Source: Candidatus Oxydemutator sp. | GTDB lineage: Bacteria > Pseudomonadota > Gammaproteobacteria > Poriferisulfidales > Oxydemutatoraceae | Reading direction: 5' to 3' | Length of the DNA stretch: 64,000 bases | Assembly (NCBI GenBank): GCA_965203445.1 | Contig: OZ241883.1 | Span: 832,001-896,000 of the forward strand | Shown here: in pieces, positions 39,701 through 51,700 of the stretch | Numbering within the stretch: the stretch's first letter is position 1 | Layout of the letters: the number at the start of each line of letters is the position of its first letter | Translations under genes and position numbers: made by a program | Notes under the pieces: model-generated | Databases searched by the model: none | What the model saw: the letters and a program-made list of their open reading frames with translations, nothing else | Told to the model about the DNA's origin: nothing

Positions 39701-42700
39701 CCAGCCATACCGCAACTCCTCTCTCTCCGGATCCCTGCTGCCATCCCCGTCCAGCGTTACCATCTCGCCCTCGTCCACCACCTGATCATCGCCCGCGTCC
39801 GCCAACGGCGCGTCGTTCTCGCCCGCGCGCACCGTGATCACCACCGTGTTCGTCGTCTGACCGCTCAACTGCCGCTCCCTCGGCGACGACAGTCCCCGCG
39901 TGTCCGTCGCCACCAGCACGAACGTCAGGGTCTCGTCGCTCACCAACTGCTCCGGCGCCACAAACGTCGTGCTGCGCGCCCCGGCGTCGTGCAACGACAC
40001 CTGACTGCCGCTGATCTGACGCCAGCCATACACCAGCATCTCGTTCTCCGGATCGCTGCCATCGCCGGCCAGCGTTACCACCTCGCCCTCGTCCACCATC
40101 TGGTCGGCGCCCGCGTCCGCCGTCGGCGCGTCGTTCTCGCCCGGGCGCACCGTGATCACTACCGTGTTCGTCGTCTGACCGCTCAACTGCCGTTCCGCAG
40201 GCGACGACAGACCGCGCGTGTCCGTCGCCACCAGCACGAACGTCAGGGTCTCGCTGCTCGCCAACTGCACTGGCGCCACAAACGTCGTGCTGCGCGCTGC
40301 GGCGTCGTGCAACGACACCTGACTGCCGCTGATCTGACGCCAGCCATACACCAGCATCTCGTTCTCCGGATCCCTGCCTACGCCGTCCAGCGTCACCACG
40401 TCGCCCTCGTCCACCACCTGGTCGGCGCCCGCGTCCGCCACCGGTGCGTCGTTCTCGCCCGGCAACACCTCGACCGATACCTCGGCAGACGAACTCGCAT
40501 CGCGCCTGTCCGTCACCGTCAGACGGAACACCAGCGTCGCCGTCTCCGCCAACTGCTCCGGCGCCGTGAACGTCGCCACCGACGACGTCGGATTGCCCAA
40601 AACCACGTCGCCACCGCTGATCTGTTCCCATCTGTACGACAATACGCCGCCCTCGGCGTCCGTCGCACTGCCGCGCAGCGTGACCTCCGCCCCTTCGTCC
40701 ACCACTTGATCGGAACCGGCATCCACCACCGGCGGCGTGTTCGTCCCCAACTCCACCCGAACCACCACCTGCGCGGTCGTCGCCAGACCGCGCTCGTCCG
40801 TCGCTCTCAACGCAAATCCCAGCACCGCCGCCTCCGCCAGACCCGACGGCGACGTGAACGTCGCCACCGACGACGTCGCACCCGACAACACCACCGTCGG
40901 CTGACCGCTGGTCTGGCTCCATTGATACCTCAACATCTCGTTCTCCGGATCAAACGCCACCCCGCGCAGCACCACTTCCTCGCCTTCGCCCACTATCTGG
41001 TTCCGCCCCGCGCTCACCACCGGCGCGTCGTTCGGCCCCGGCAACACCTCGACCGACACCTCGGCCGACGAACTCGCATTGCGCCCGTCCGCCACCGTCA
41101 ACCGGAACACCAGCGTCGCCGTCTCCGCCAACTGCATCGGCGCCGTGAACGTCGCGGTTACCGACTGCGCGTTCGTCAGCGTGACCCCTCTGCCACTGAC
41201 CTGACGCCAGTCATACCTCAACTCCTCTCTCTCCAGATCGCTGCTGCCGGTGCCGTCCAGCGTTACCACCTCGCCCTCGTCCACCACCTGATCGGCGCCC
41301 GCGTCCGCCACCGGCGCGTCGTTCTCGCCCGCGCGCACCGTGATCACCACCGTGTCCGTGCCCACCGCGTCGCGCGCGTCCGTTACCGTCAACTCGAACA
41401 CCAGCGTCGCCGTCGCCGCCAACTGCACCGGCGCCGTGAACATCGCGGTGGTCGCGGTGGTCGTGGCGCCTACCGTCGCTCCCGTCAGCGCAACTCGACC
41501 GCCGCCGATCTGACGCCAGCCATACCGCAACTCCTCTCTCTCCAGGTCGCTGCTGCCATCGCCGTCCAGCGTTACCATCTCGCCCTCGTCCACCACCTGA
41601 TCATCGCCCGCGTCCGCCAACGGCGCGTCGTTCTCGCCCGCGCGCACCGTGATCACCACCGTGTTCGTCGTCTGACCGCTCAGCTGCCGTTCCACGGGCG
41701 ACGACAGACCACGCGTGTCCGTCACCACCAGCACGAACGTCAGGGTCTCGTTGCTCACCAACTGCTCCGGCGCCACAAACGTCGTGCTGCGCGCCCCGGC
41801 GTCGTGCAACGACACCTGACTTCCGCTGATCTGACGCCAGCCATACACCAGATCCTCTTCCTCCGGATCCCTGCCAACCCCGTCCAGCGTTACCACGTCG
41901 CCCTCGTCCACCATCTGGTCGGCGCCCGCGTCCGCCGTCGGCGCGTCGTTCTCGCCCGGTCGCACCGTGATCACTACCGTGTTCGTCGTCTGACCGCTCA
42001 ACTGCCGTTCCGCAGGCGACGACAGACCGCGCGTGTCCGTCGCCACCAGCACGAACGTCAGGGTCTCGCTGCTCGCCAACTGCACTGGCGCCACAAACGT
42101 CGTGCTGCGCGCTGCGGCGTCGTGCAACGACACCTGACTTCCGCTGATCTGACGCCAGCCATACACCAGCATCTCGTTCTCCGGATCCCTACCTACGCCG
42201 GCCAGCGTCACCACGTCGCCCTCGTCCACTACCTGGTCGGCGCCCGCGTCCGCTACCGGCGCGTCGTTCTCGCCCGGCAACACCTCGACCGATACCTCGG
42301 CAGACGAACTCGCATCGCGCCTGTCCGTCACCGTCAGACGGAACACCAGCGTCGCCGTCTCCGCCAACTGCTCCGGCGCCGTGAACGTCGCCACCGACGA
42401 CGTCGGATTGCCCAAAACCACGTCGCCACCGCCGATCTGTTCCCATCTGTACGACAATACGCCGCCCTCGGCGTCCGTCGCACTGCCGCGCAACGTGACC
42501 TCCGCCCCTTCGTCCACCACTTGATCGGAACCGGCATCCACCACCGGCGGCGTGTTCGTCCCCAACTCCACCCGAACCGCCACCCGCGCGGTCGTCGCCA
42601 GACCGCGCTCGTCCGTCGCTCTCAACGCAAACATCAGCACCGCCGCCTCCGCCAGACCCGACGGCGACGTGAACGTCGCCACCGACGACGTCGCACCCGA

Positions 42701-45700
42701 CAACACCACCGTCGGCTGACCGCTGGTCTGACTCCACTGATACCTCAACATCTCGTTCTCCGGATCGAACGCCACCCCGCGCAGCACTACTTCCTCGCCT
42801 TCGCCCACTATCTGGTTCCGCCCCGCGCTCACCACCGGCGCGTCGTTCGGCCCCGGCAACACCTCGACCGACACCTCGGCCGATGAACTCGCATTGCGCC
42901 CGTCCGTCACCGTCAACCGGAACACCAGCGTCGCCGTCTCCGCCAACTGCATCGGCGCCGTGAACGTCGCGGTTACCGACTGCGCGTTCGTCAGCGTGAC
43001 TCCCCTGCCACTGACCTGACGCCAGTCATACCCCAACTCTTCTCTTTCCAGATCGCTGCTGCCGGTGCCGTCCAGCGTCACCATCTCGCCCTCGTCCACC
43101 ACCTGATCAAGTCCGGCGTCCGCCGTCGGCGCGTCGTTCTCGCCCGGCACCACCTCGACCACCACCGTGTCCGTGCCCGTCGCGTCGCGCGCGTCCGTTA
43201 CCGTCAACTCGAACACCAGCGTCGCCGTCTCCGCCAACTGCATCGGCGCCGTGAACGTCGCGGTGGTCGTGGCGCCTATCGTCGCTCCCGTCAGCGTCAC
43301 TCGACCGCCGCCGATCTGACGCCAACCATACCGCAACTCCTCTCTCTCCAGGTCGCTGCTGCCATCGCCGTCCAGCGTTACCATCTCGCCCTCGCCCACC
43401 ACCTGATCATCGCCCGCGTCCGCTATCGGCGCGTCGTTCTCGCCCGCGCGCACCGTGATCACCACCGTGTTCGTCGTCTGACCGCTCAACTGCCGCTCCG
43501 CAGGCGACGACAGTCCCCGCGTGTCCGTCGCCACCAGCACGAACGTCAGGGTCTCGTCGCTCACCAACTGCTCCGGCGCCACAAACGTCGTGCTGCGCGC
43601 TCCGGCGTCGTGCAACGACACCTGACTGCCGCTGATCTGACGCCAGCCATACACCAGATCCTCTTCCTCCGGATCCCTGCCAACGCCGTCCAGCGTTACC
43701 ACGTCGCCCTCGTCCACCATCCGGTCGGCGCCCGCGTCCGCTACTGGCGCGTCGTTCGGCCCCGGTCGCACCTCGACCGACACCGTGGCCGTGCCTATCG
43801 CGTCGCGCGCGTCCGTTACCGTCAACTCGAACACCAGCGTCGCCGTCTCCGCCAACTGCTCCAGCGCCGTGAACGTCGCGGTGGTCCTGGAACCTATCGT
43901 CGCTCCCGTCAGTGTCACTCGACCGCCGCCGATCTGACGCCAGCCATACCTCAACTCCTCTCTCTCCGGATCGTTGCTGCCATCGCCGTCCAGCGTCACC
44001 ATCTCGCCCTCGTCCACTACCTGGTCGGCGCCCGCGTCCGCTACCGGCGCGTCGTTCGGCCCCGGCAACACCTCGACCGATACCTCGGCAGACGAACTCG
44101 CATCGCGCCTGTCCGTCACCGTCAGACGGAACACCAGCGTCGCCGTCTCCGCCAACTGCACCGGCGCCGTGAACGTCGCCACCGACGACGTCGGATTGCC
44201 CAAAACCACGTCGCCACCGCCGATCTGTTCCCATCTGTACGACAATACGCCGCCCTCGGCGTCCGTCGCACTGCCGCGCAACGTGACCTCCGCCCCTTCG
44301 TCCACCACTTGATCGGAACCGGCATCCACCATCGGCGGCGTGTTCGTCCCCAACTCCACCCGAACCGCCACCCGCGCGGTCGTCGCCAGACCGCGCTCGT
44401 CCGTCGCTCTCAACGCAAATCCCAGCACCGCCGCCTCCGCCAGACCCGACGGCGACGTGAACGTCGCCACCGACGACGTCGCACCCGACAACACCACCGT
44501 CGGCTGACCGCTGGTCTGGCTCCATTGATACCTCAACGTCTCGTTCTCCGGATCGAACGCCACCCCGCGCAGCACCACTTCCTCGCCTTCGCCCACTATC
44601 TGGTTCCGCCCCGCGCTCACCACCGGCGCGTCGTTCGGCCCCGGCAACACCTCGACCAACACCTCGGCCGATGAACTCGCATTGCGCCCGTCCGTCACCG
44701 TCAACCGGAACACCAGCGTCGCCGTCTCCGCCAACTGCATCGGCGCCGTGAACGTCGCGGTTACCGACTGCGCGTTCGTCAGCGTGACTCCCCTGCCGCT
44801 GACCTGACGCCAGTCATATCCCAACTCCTCTCTCTCCGGATCGCTGCTGCCGGTGCCGTCCAGCGTTACCACCTCGCCCTCGCCCACCACCTGATCGGCG
44901 CCCGCGTCCGCCGTCGGCGCGTCGTTCTCGCCCGGTCGCACCGTGATCACCACCGTGTCCGTGCCCACCGCGTCGCGCGCGTCCGTTACCGTCAACTCGA
45001 ACACCAGCGTCGCCGTCTCCGCCAACTGCTCCGGCGCCGTGAACGTCGCGGTGGTCGTGGCGCCTACCGTCGCTCCCGTCAGCGCAACTCGACCGCCGCC
45101 GATCTGACGCCAGCCATACCGCAACTCCTCTCTCTCCGGATCGTCGCTGCCGTCGCCGTCCAGCGTTACCATCTCGCCCTCGCCCACCACCTGATCATCG
45201 CCCGCGTCCGCCACCGGCGCGTCGTTCTCGCCCGCGCGCACCGTGATCACCACCGTGTTCGTCGTCTGACCGCTCAACTGCCGTTCCCTCGGCGACGACA
45301 GTCCCCGCGTGTCCGTCGCCACCAGCACGAACGTCAGGGTCTCGTCGCTCACCAACTGCTCCGGCGCCACAAACGTCGTGCTGCGCGCCCCGGCGTCGTG
45401 CAACGACACCTGACTTCCGCTGATCTGACGCCAGCCATACACCAGCATCTCGTCCTCCGGATCGTTGCCGGTGCCGGCCAGCGTTACCACGTCGCCCTCG
45501 TCCACCATCTGGTCGGCGCCCGCGTCCGCTACTGGCGCGTCGTTCGGCCCCGGTCGCACCGCGACCGACACCGTGGCCGTGCCCATCGCGTCGCGCGCGT
45601 CCGTTACCGTCAACTCGAACACCAGCGTCGCCGTCGTCGCCAACTGTTCCGGCGCCGTGAACGTCGCGGTTACCGACTGCGCGTTCGTCAGCGCGACCCT

Positions 45701-48700
45701 CCTGCCGCCGATCTGACGCCAGTCATACCCCAGCATCTCGGCTTCCTCGTCCCTGCCGGCGCCGCTCAAAACCACCACGGCATTCTCGTCCACCACCTGA
45801 TCATCGCCCGCGTCCGCTACCGGCGCGTCGTTCTCGCCCGGACGCACCGTGATCACCACCGTGTTCGTCGTCTGATCGCTCAACTGACGTTCCACGGGAG
45901 ACGACAGGCCGCGCGTGTCCGTCGCCACCAGCACGAACGTCAGGGTCTCGCTGCTCGCCAACTGCACCGGCGCCAGGAACGTCGTGCTGCGCGCCGTGGC
46001 GTCGTGCAACGACACCTGACTTCCGCTGATCTGACGCCAGCCATACACCAACATCTCGTTCTCCGGATCGCTGCCGGTGCCGGCCAGCGTCACCACGTCG
46101 CCCTCGTCCACTACCTGATCGGCGCCCGCGTCCGCTACCGGCGCGTCGTTCTCGCCCGGGCGTACCGTGATCACCACCGTGTTCGTCGTCCGATCGCTCA
46201 ACTGCCGCTCTCTCGGCGACGACAACCCGCGCGTGTCCGTCGCCACCAGCACGAACGTCAGGGTCTCGCTGCTCACCAACTGCACCGGCGCCAGGAACGT
46301 CGTGCTGCGCGCCGTGGCGTCGTGCAACGACACCTGACTGCCGCTGATCTGACGCCAGCCATACACTAGATCCTCTTCCTCCGGATCGCTGCCGGTGCCG
46401 GCCAGCGTCACCAACTGGCCCTCGTCCACCACCTGATCGGCGCCCGCGTCCGCCGTCGGCGCGTCGTTCGCGCCCGCGCGCACCGTAATCAGCACCGTGT
46501 TCGTCGAATCCTCGCTCCGACTCGAGGACAGGCCGCGCGTGTCGCTCACCACCAGGAAAAACTCCAGCTCCTCGTCGCTCGCCAACTGCACCGGCGCCGT
46601 GAACATCGGATTCGCCACGGAAGCGTCCGTCAGCTCCACCATACTGCCGCTGACCTGACGCCAGCCATACACTAGATTCTCTCTCTCAGGATCCCTGCCA
46701 AAACCGCGCAGCGTTACCACGTCGCCCTCGTCCACCACCTGATCGGCGCCCGCGTCCGCTACCGGCGCGTCGTTCGGGCCGGCCTGCACCGTGACCACCA
46801 CCGACGCGGGGGCTGCATTAGCGCCCCGCTCATCGTTCACATACAACGTGAACTCCAAATCCTCATCATTGATCAACTGCGACGGCGCCGTGAACGTCGT
46901 ACGCCTGCTTTCGCCAAATCCCTCCAGATCCACAGGGTAGACCCTGACGGACGGATTGCTGCCGCCTCCGGTTTGAATCCAGCGATACCTCAGCGCATCG
47001 CCTTCCGGATCGCGCGCGCTGCCGATCAGAACCACCACGGCGCCCTCGGACACCACCTGGTCAAGACCGACGTACGCCGTCGGCGCGTCGTTCGGGCCGG
47101 CGCGCACCGTGATCACCACCGTCGCCGTCGGCGAGCGTTCGCCTTGTGCGTCCCGCACCCGCAATGAAAACTCCAATGTTTCGTCCGACACCAACTGCAA
47201 CGGCGCCGTGAAACTCGCGGTTACCGACAGCACGCCCGTCAGCGTAACGCTCCTGCCGGCGGTCTGGCTCCACTGATACGTCAGCAACTCTTCCTCCGGA
47301 TCGCGGCTGGCGCCGCCGTCCAGAATCACCACCGCACCCTCGGACACCACCTGCGCAAGACCCGCGTCCGCCTCCGGCGCGTCGTTCTCGCCCGCGCGCA
47401 CCGTCACCACCACCGACGCGGTCGAAACCGCACCCCGCGTGTCCGTTACCCGCAGCACAAACCCCAGTTCCTCGTCCGACAACAACTGCATCGGCGCCGT
47501 GAAACTCGCGGTTACCGACACCGCGTTCGTCAGCGTAACGCGCACGCCCCGGGTCTGACTCCAGCCATACAACAGCACCTCCTCCTCCGGGTCGCTGCTG
47601 CCGGTGCCATCCAGTATCACCACCGCACCCTCGGACACCACCTGCGCAAGACCCGCGTCCGCCGTCGGCGCGTCGTTCGGGCCGGCGCGCACCGTCACCA
47701 CCACCGTGTTCGTCGTGATCTCTCCACCCACGCTCTGGTTCCGTATCCGCGAGCGCGTCGAAGACTCGCCACGCTCGTCCGTCGCCACCAACAGAAACTC
47801 CAATACCTCGTCGTCCACCAACTGCGACGGCGCCGCGAACGTCGTAGTCAACGACTGCGCATCCGTCAGCGTGACCCTCCTGCCCACGGTCTGGCTCCAG
47901 CGATACCGCAACGTCTCGTTCTCGGCGTCGCTGCCGCTGCCGGTCAACACCACCACCGCGCTCTCCGACACGCTCTGATCCTCCCCGACTTGCACCGTCG
48001 GCGCGTCGTTCTCGCCGGCGCGCACCTCGACCACCACCACGTCCGCGTCCGTCGCGTCGCGCGCGTCCGTTACCGTCAACTCGAACACCAGCGTCGCCGT
48101 CGCCACCAACTGCATCGGCGCCGTGAACGTCGCGGTGCTCGCGACGCCTATCGTCGCTCCCGTCAGCGTCACCCGACCGCCGCTGATCTGACGCCAGGCG
48201 TACCGCAACTCCTCTCTCTCCGGATCGGTGCTGCCGTCGCCGTTCAGCGTCACCAACTCTCCCTCCTGCACGACCTGGTTTCCGCCCGCGTCCGCCTCCG
48301 GCGCGTCGTTCGCGCCGGCCTGCACCGTAATCACCACGGTATTGGTCGTGTTACCGGTCCGTTCGGGGGTCGGATCCGAACCCAATCCGTGCACGTCGGC
48401 AACCACCAGCGTGAACTCCAACTGCGCGTCGGCCTGCAACTGCGTCGGCGCACGGAAACTCGGCGTCGCCGACGACGCATCACTCAAACTCACGCGCGCC
48501 ACGTCCACGCCGCCCGTCTGACGCCACTGATACGTCAGCCGATGATCCTGCGGATCGCTGCTCCCCGTGCCGTCCAGGATGACCACCGCACCCTCGGACA
48601 CCACCTGGTCAGGGCCGGCGTTCGCCGTCGGCGTCGTGTTGGCGCCCGCCTCCACCGTAATGACCACGGTGGCCGTCGTCGCCAGATCGCGCGCGTCCGT

Positions 48701-51700
48701 CGCCCTCAATGCAAATCCCAGCACCGCCGCCTCCGACAAACCCGACGGCGCCACGAAGCTTGCGTTGATAGACGTTGCGCCCGTCAACGTAACCAACGGC
48801 TGCCCGCTGGTCTGGCTCCATTGAAGACTCAACCTCTCCCCCTCCAGATCAAACGCGCTGCCGCGCAGGGTTACCGTCTGGCCTTCGCTGACGAACCGGT
48901 CGTCGCCCGCGTCCACCACCGGCGCGTCGTTCGGGCCGGCCTGCACCGTGATCACCACCGACACGGGGGCCGCACGACCGCCCCGATCGTCTTCCACATA
49001 CAACGCGAATTCCAAATCCTCGTCATTGACCAACTGCGGCGGCGCCGTGAACGTCGTACGCCTGCTTTCGCCAAATCCCTCCAGATTCACAAAGTAAGAC
49101 CTGAGCGGATTGCTGCCGGCTCCGGTTTGAAACCAGCGATACCTCAGCGCATCGCCTTCCAGATCGCGCGCGCTGCCGATCAGAACCACCACGGCGCCCT
49201 CGGACACGACCTGAGCAGGCACGGCGTCCACCTCCGGCGCGTCGTTCGGACCGGCGCGCACCGTGATCACCACCGTGTTCGTCGTGTCATCACCCGACTG
49301 CGCTTCCCTAGGCGACGACAACCCCCGCGTATCCGTCACCACCAGCACGAACGAAAGGGTCTCATTACTTCTCAACTGCACTGGTGCCGCGAACGTCGTC
49401 GTTACCGACAGCGCGTTCGTCAGCGTGACGCTCCTGCCGCCGATCTGACGCCAGCCATACACCAGCACCTCGTCCTCCGGATCGCTGCTGCCGGTGCCGT
49501 CCAGCGTTACCACGTCGCCCTCGTCCACCACCTGATCGGCGCCCGCGTCCGCTACCGGCGCGTCGTTCGCACCGGCACGCACCTCGACCGACACCGTATC
49601 CGTGCCCGCCGCGTCGCGCACGTCCGTCACCGTCAGCCGGAACACCAGCGTCGCCGTCTCCACCAACTGCAACGGTGCCGTGAACGTCGCCGCCGCCGTC
49701 ATCGGAGTGCCCAACCCCGCGTCGCGCCCGCCGATCTGTTCCCACCTGTACGCCAACGCGCCGCCCTCGGTGTCGCTCGCACTGCCGCGCAACGCGACCT
49801 CGGCCCCTTCGTCGACCACTTGATTGGGGCCCGCCTCCACCACCGGCGGCGTGTTCGCGCCCAACTCCACCGTGACCGCAACCGTGGCGGTCGCCGCCAG
49901 ATCGCGCTCGTCCACAACCCTTAACGCAAACCCCAGCACCGTCGCCTCCGCCAGACCCGTCGGCGCCGTGAACGTCGCCACCGACGACGTCGCACCGGAC
50001 AACGCCACCGTCGGTTGCCCGCTGATCTGGCTCCATTGGTACGTCAGCATCTCCCTCTCCGGATCGTTGCTGGCGCTGCCGTCCAACGTCACCATCGCGC
50101 GCTCGGTTACCGTCTGGTCGGACCCGGCGTCCGCCGTCGGCGCGTCGTTCGGACCCGGCCTTACCCGAACCAGCACCCGGTCCGACGAACTCGCGTTGCG
50201 CACGTCGGTTACCGTCAGCGTGAATTCCAACGTCGCCGTCGTCGCCAGCTGTGGCGGCGCCGTGAAGGTCGCGGTCGCCGTCGTCGCACCGCCCAACGCC
50301 ACCCGCGCCACGTCGAGACCGCCGGTTTGTCGCCAGCTGTACATCAGGCGTCCACCTTCCGAATCGTCGGCGACGCCGCGCAGCGTCACCGTCTCTCCTT
50401 CGGTCGTCACTTGATCCAGTCCGGCGTCCACCGTCGGCGGCGTGTTGGCGCCCAATTCCACCGTGACGATCACCGTGTCGGTCGTCGCCATATTGCGCTC
50501 ATCCGTCGCTCTCAATGCAAACCCCAACGTCGTTGCCGCCGCCAGACCCCTCGGCGCCGTGAAGGTCGCGGTCGCCGACGTCGCATCGCGCAACGTCACC
50601 AACGGCTGGCCGCTGGTCTGGCTCCACTGGTACCTGAGATTCTCTCCTTCGGGATCGTTGGCGGCGCCGCGCAGCGTCACCAACTCGCCCTCGCCTACGG
50701 TCAGGTCCATACCCGCGTTCACCTCCGGCGCGTCGTTCGGGCCGGCGCGCACCGTGATCACCACCGTGTTCGTCGAAGCCTCGTCGCGTTGGGGGCTTGC
50801 CACGGACGGCAAGCCGCGCGTATCGCTCACTATCAGGAAAAACTCCAACTCCTGATCCTGCACCAGCTGCGTCGGCGCCGCAAACGTCGTGACCGCCGCG
50901 CTATCGTCCGCCAGCACCACGTCCCTGCCGGCGATCCGCGTCCAGTGATACGTCAACGACTCGTTTTCCGGATCGCTGCTTCCGGTGCCGTCCAACGTCA
51001 CCACTTCGCCCTCGGCCACCGTCTGGTCGGGGCCCGCGTTGGCCGTCGGCGCATCGTTCTGGCCGGGTGTCACCGTGATCATCAGCGCGTCGGAGGGGCT
51101 CAGCAGGCCCCCCGAATCACGCACATTCAGCCAGAACACGAGAAGGACGGTCTCCGCCAGTTGGGTCGGCGCACGAAAAGTCGGACGCGCCGTCGCTGCA
51201 CCCGTCAGGGTAACGTTCGGTCCTCGGACTTGTCGCCACTGATAGGATACCGGCTGCCGCGTATCGCTATCTCTGCTGGCGCTGCCGTCGAGCGTCACTA
51301 CGGCGCCCTCGGTCACGGTCTGGTCCAGTCCGGCATCTGCTATCGGGCTCTGGTTCGGGCGTTGCAGCCCGACGTCGAAATTGGCGTAGCGCAAAGCCGG
51401 ATATTGCAAATCACTGCCGAAATCCCAGGGGGTGTCCACGGCGCCGTCGTTGTCCACGTCCACGTTCCAGGTGGTGTAGATACCGGTGTAGGTAGTGGGC
51501 GACTGCAACTCGCGGGTCGTTCCCGGCGTGCCACCGGCGCTGCTTTGTTGGCGGCTTCGATCTGTATCCCAGTAACTGTTGGCCACGCGGGCGGTACTCA
51601 AACCCTCACCCACCAAGCCGCCGCTCTGGCCAGTACTCAACGTGTAACTAGCGGTCACTACTCCATGGTTAAGGCCCACCAGGCCGCCACTGAGGCCGTA

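Larger units (their letters stand above)
7860..51360 (-). repeat. Tandem array of about 140 PKD/K319L-like Ig domains (~96-107 aa each)
   Basis: Recurring consensus NDAPxADAGxDQVVDEGxxVTLDGxxSxDPExxxLxYxWRQxxGxxVxL...TFxAPxQL...LxFxLxVTDxR. The count is an estimate: 43.5 kb divided by about 310 nt. Confidence 0.92.

Noticed and set aside
7860-51360. Possible CRISPR array or DGR template/variable repeats
   Set aside because: The repeats are ~300-nt in-frame coding domains without unique spacers. No cas or reverse transcriptase genes are present, and no adenine-specific mismatch pattern was noticed.
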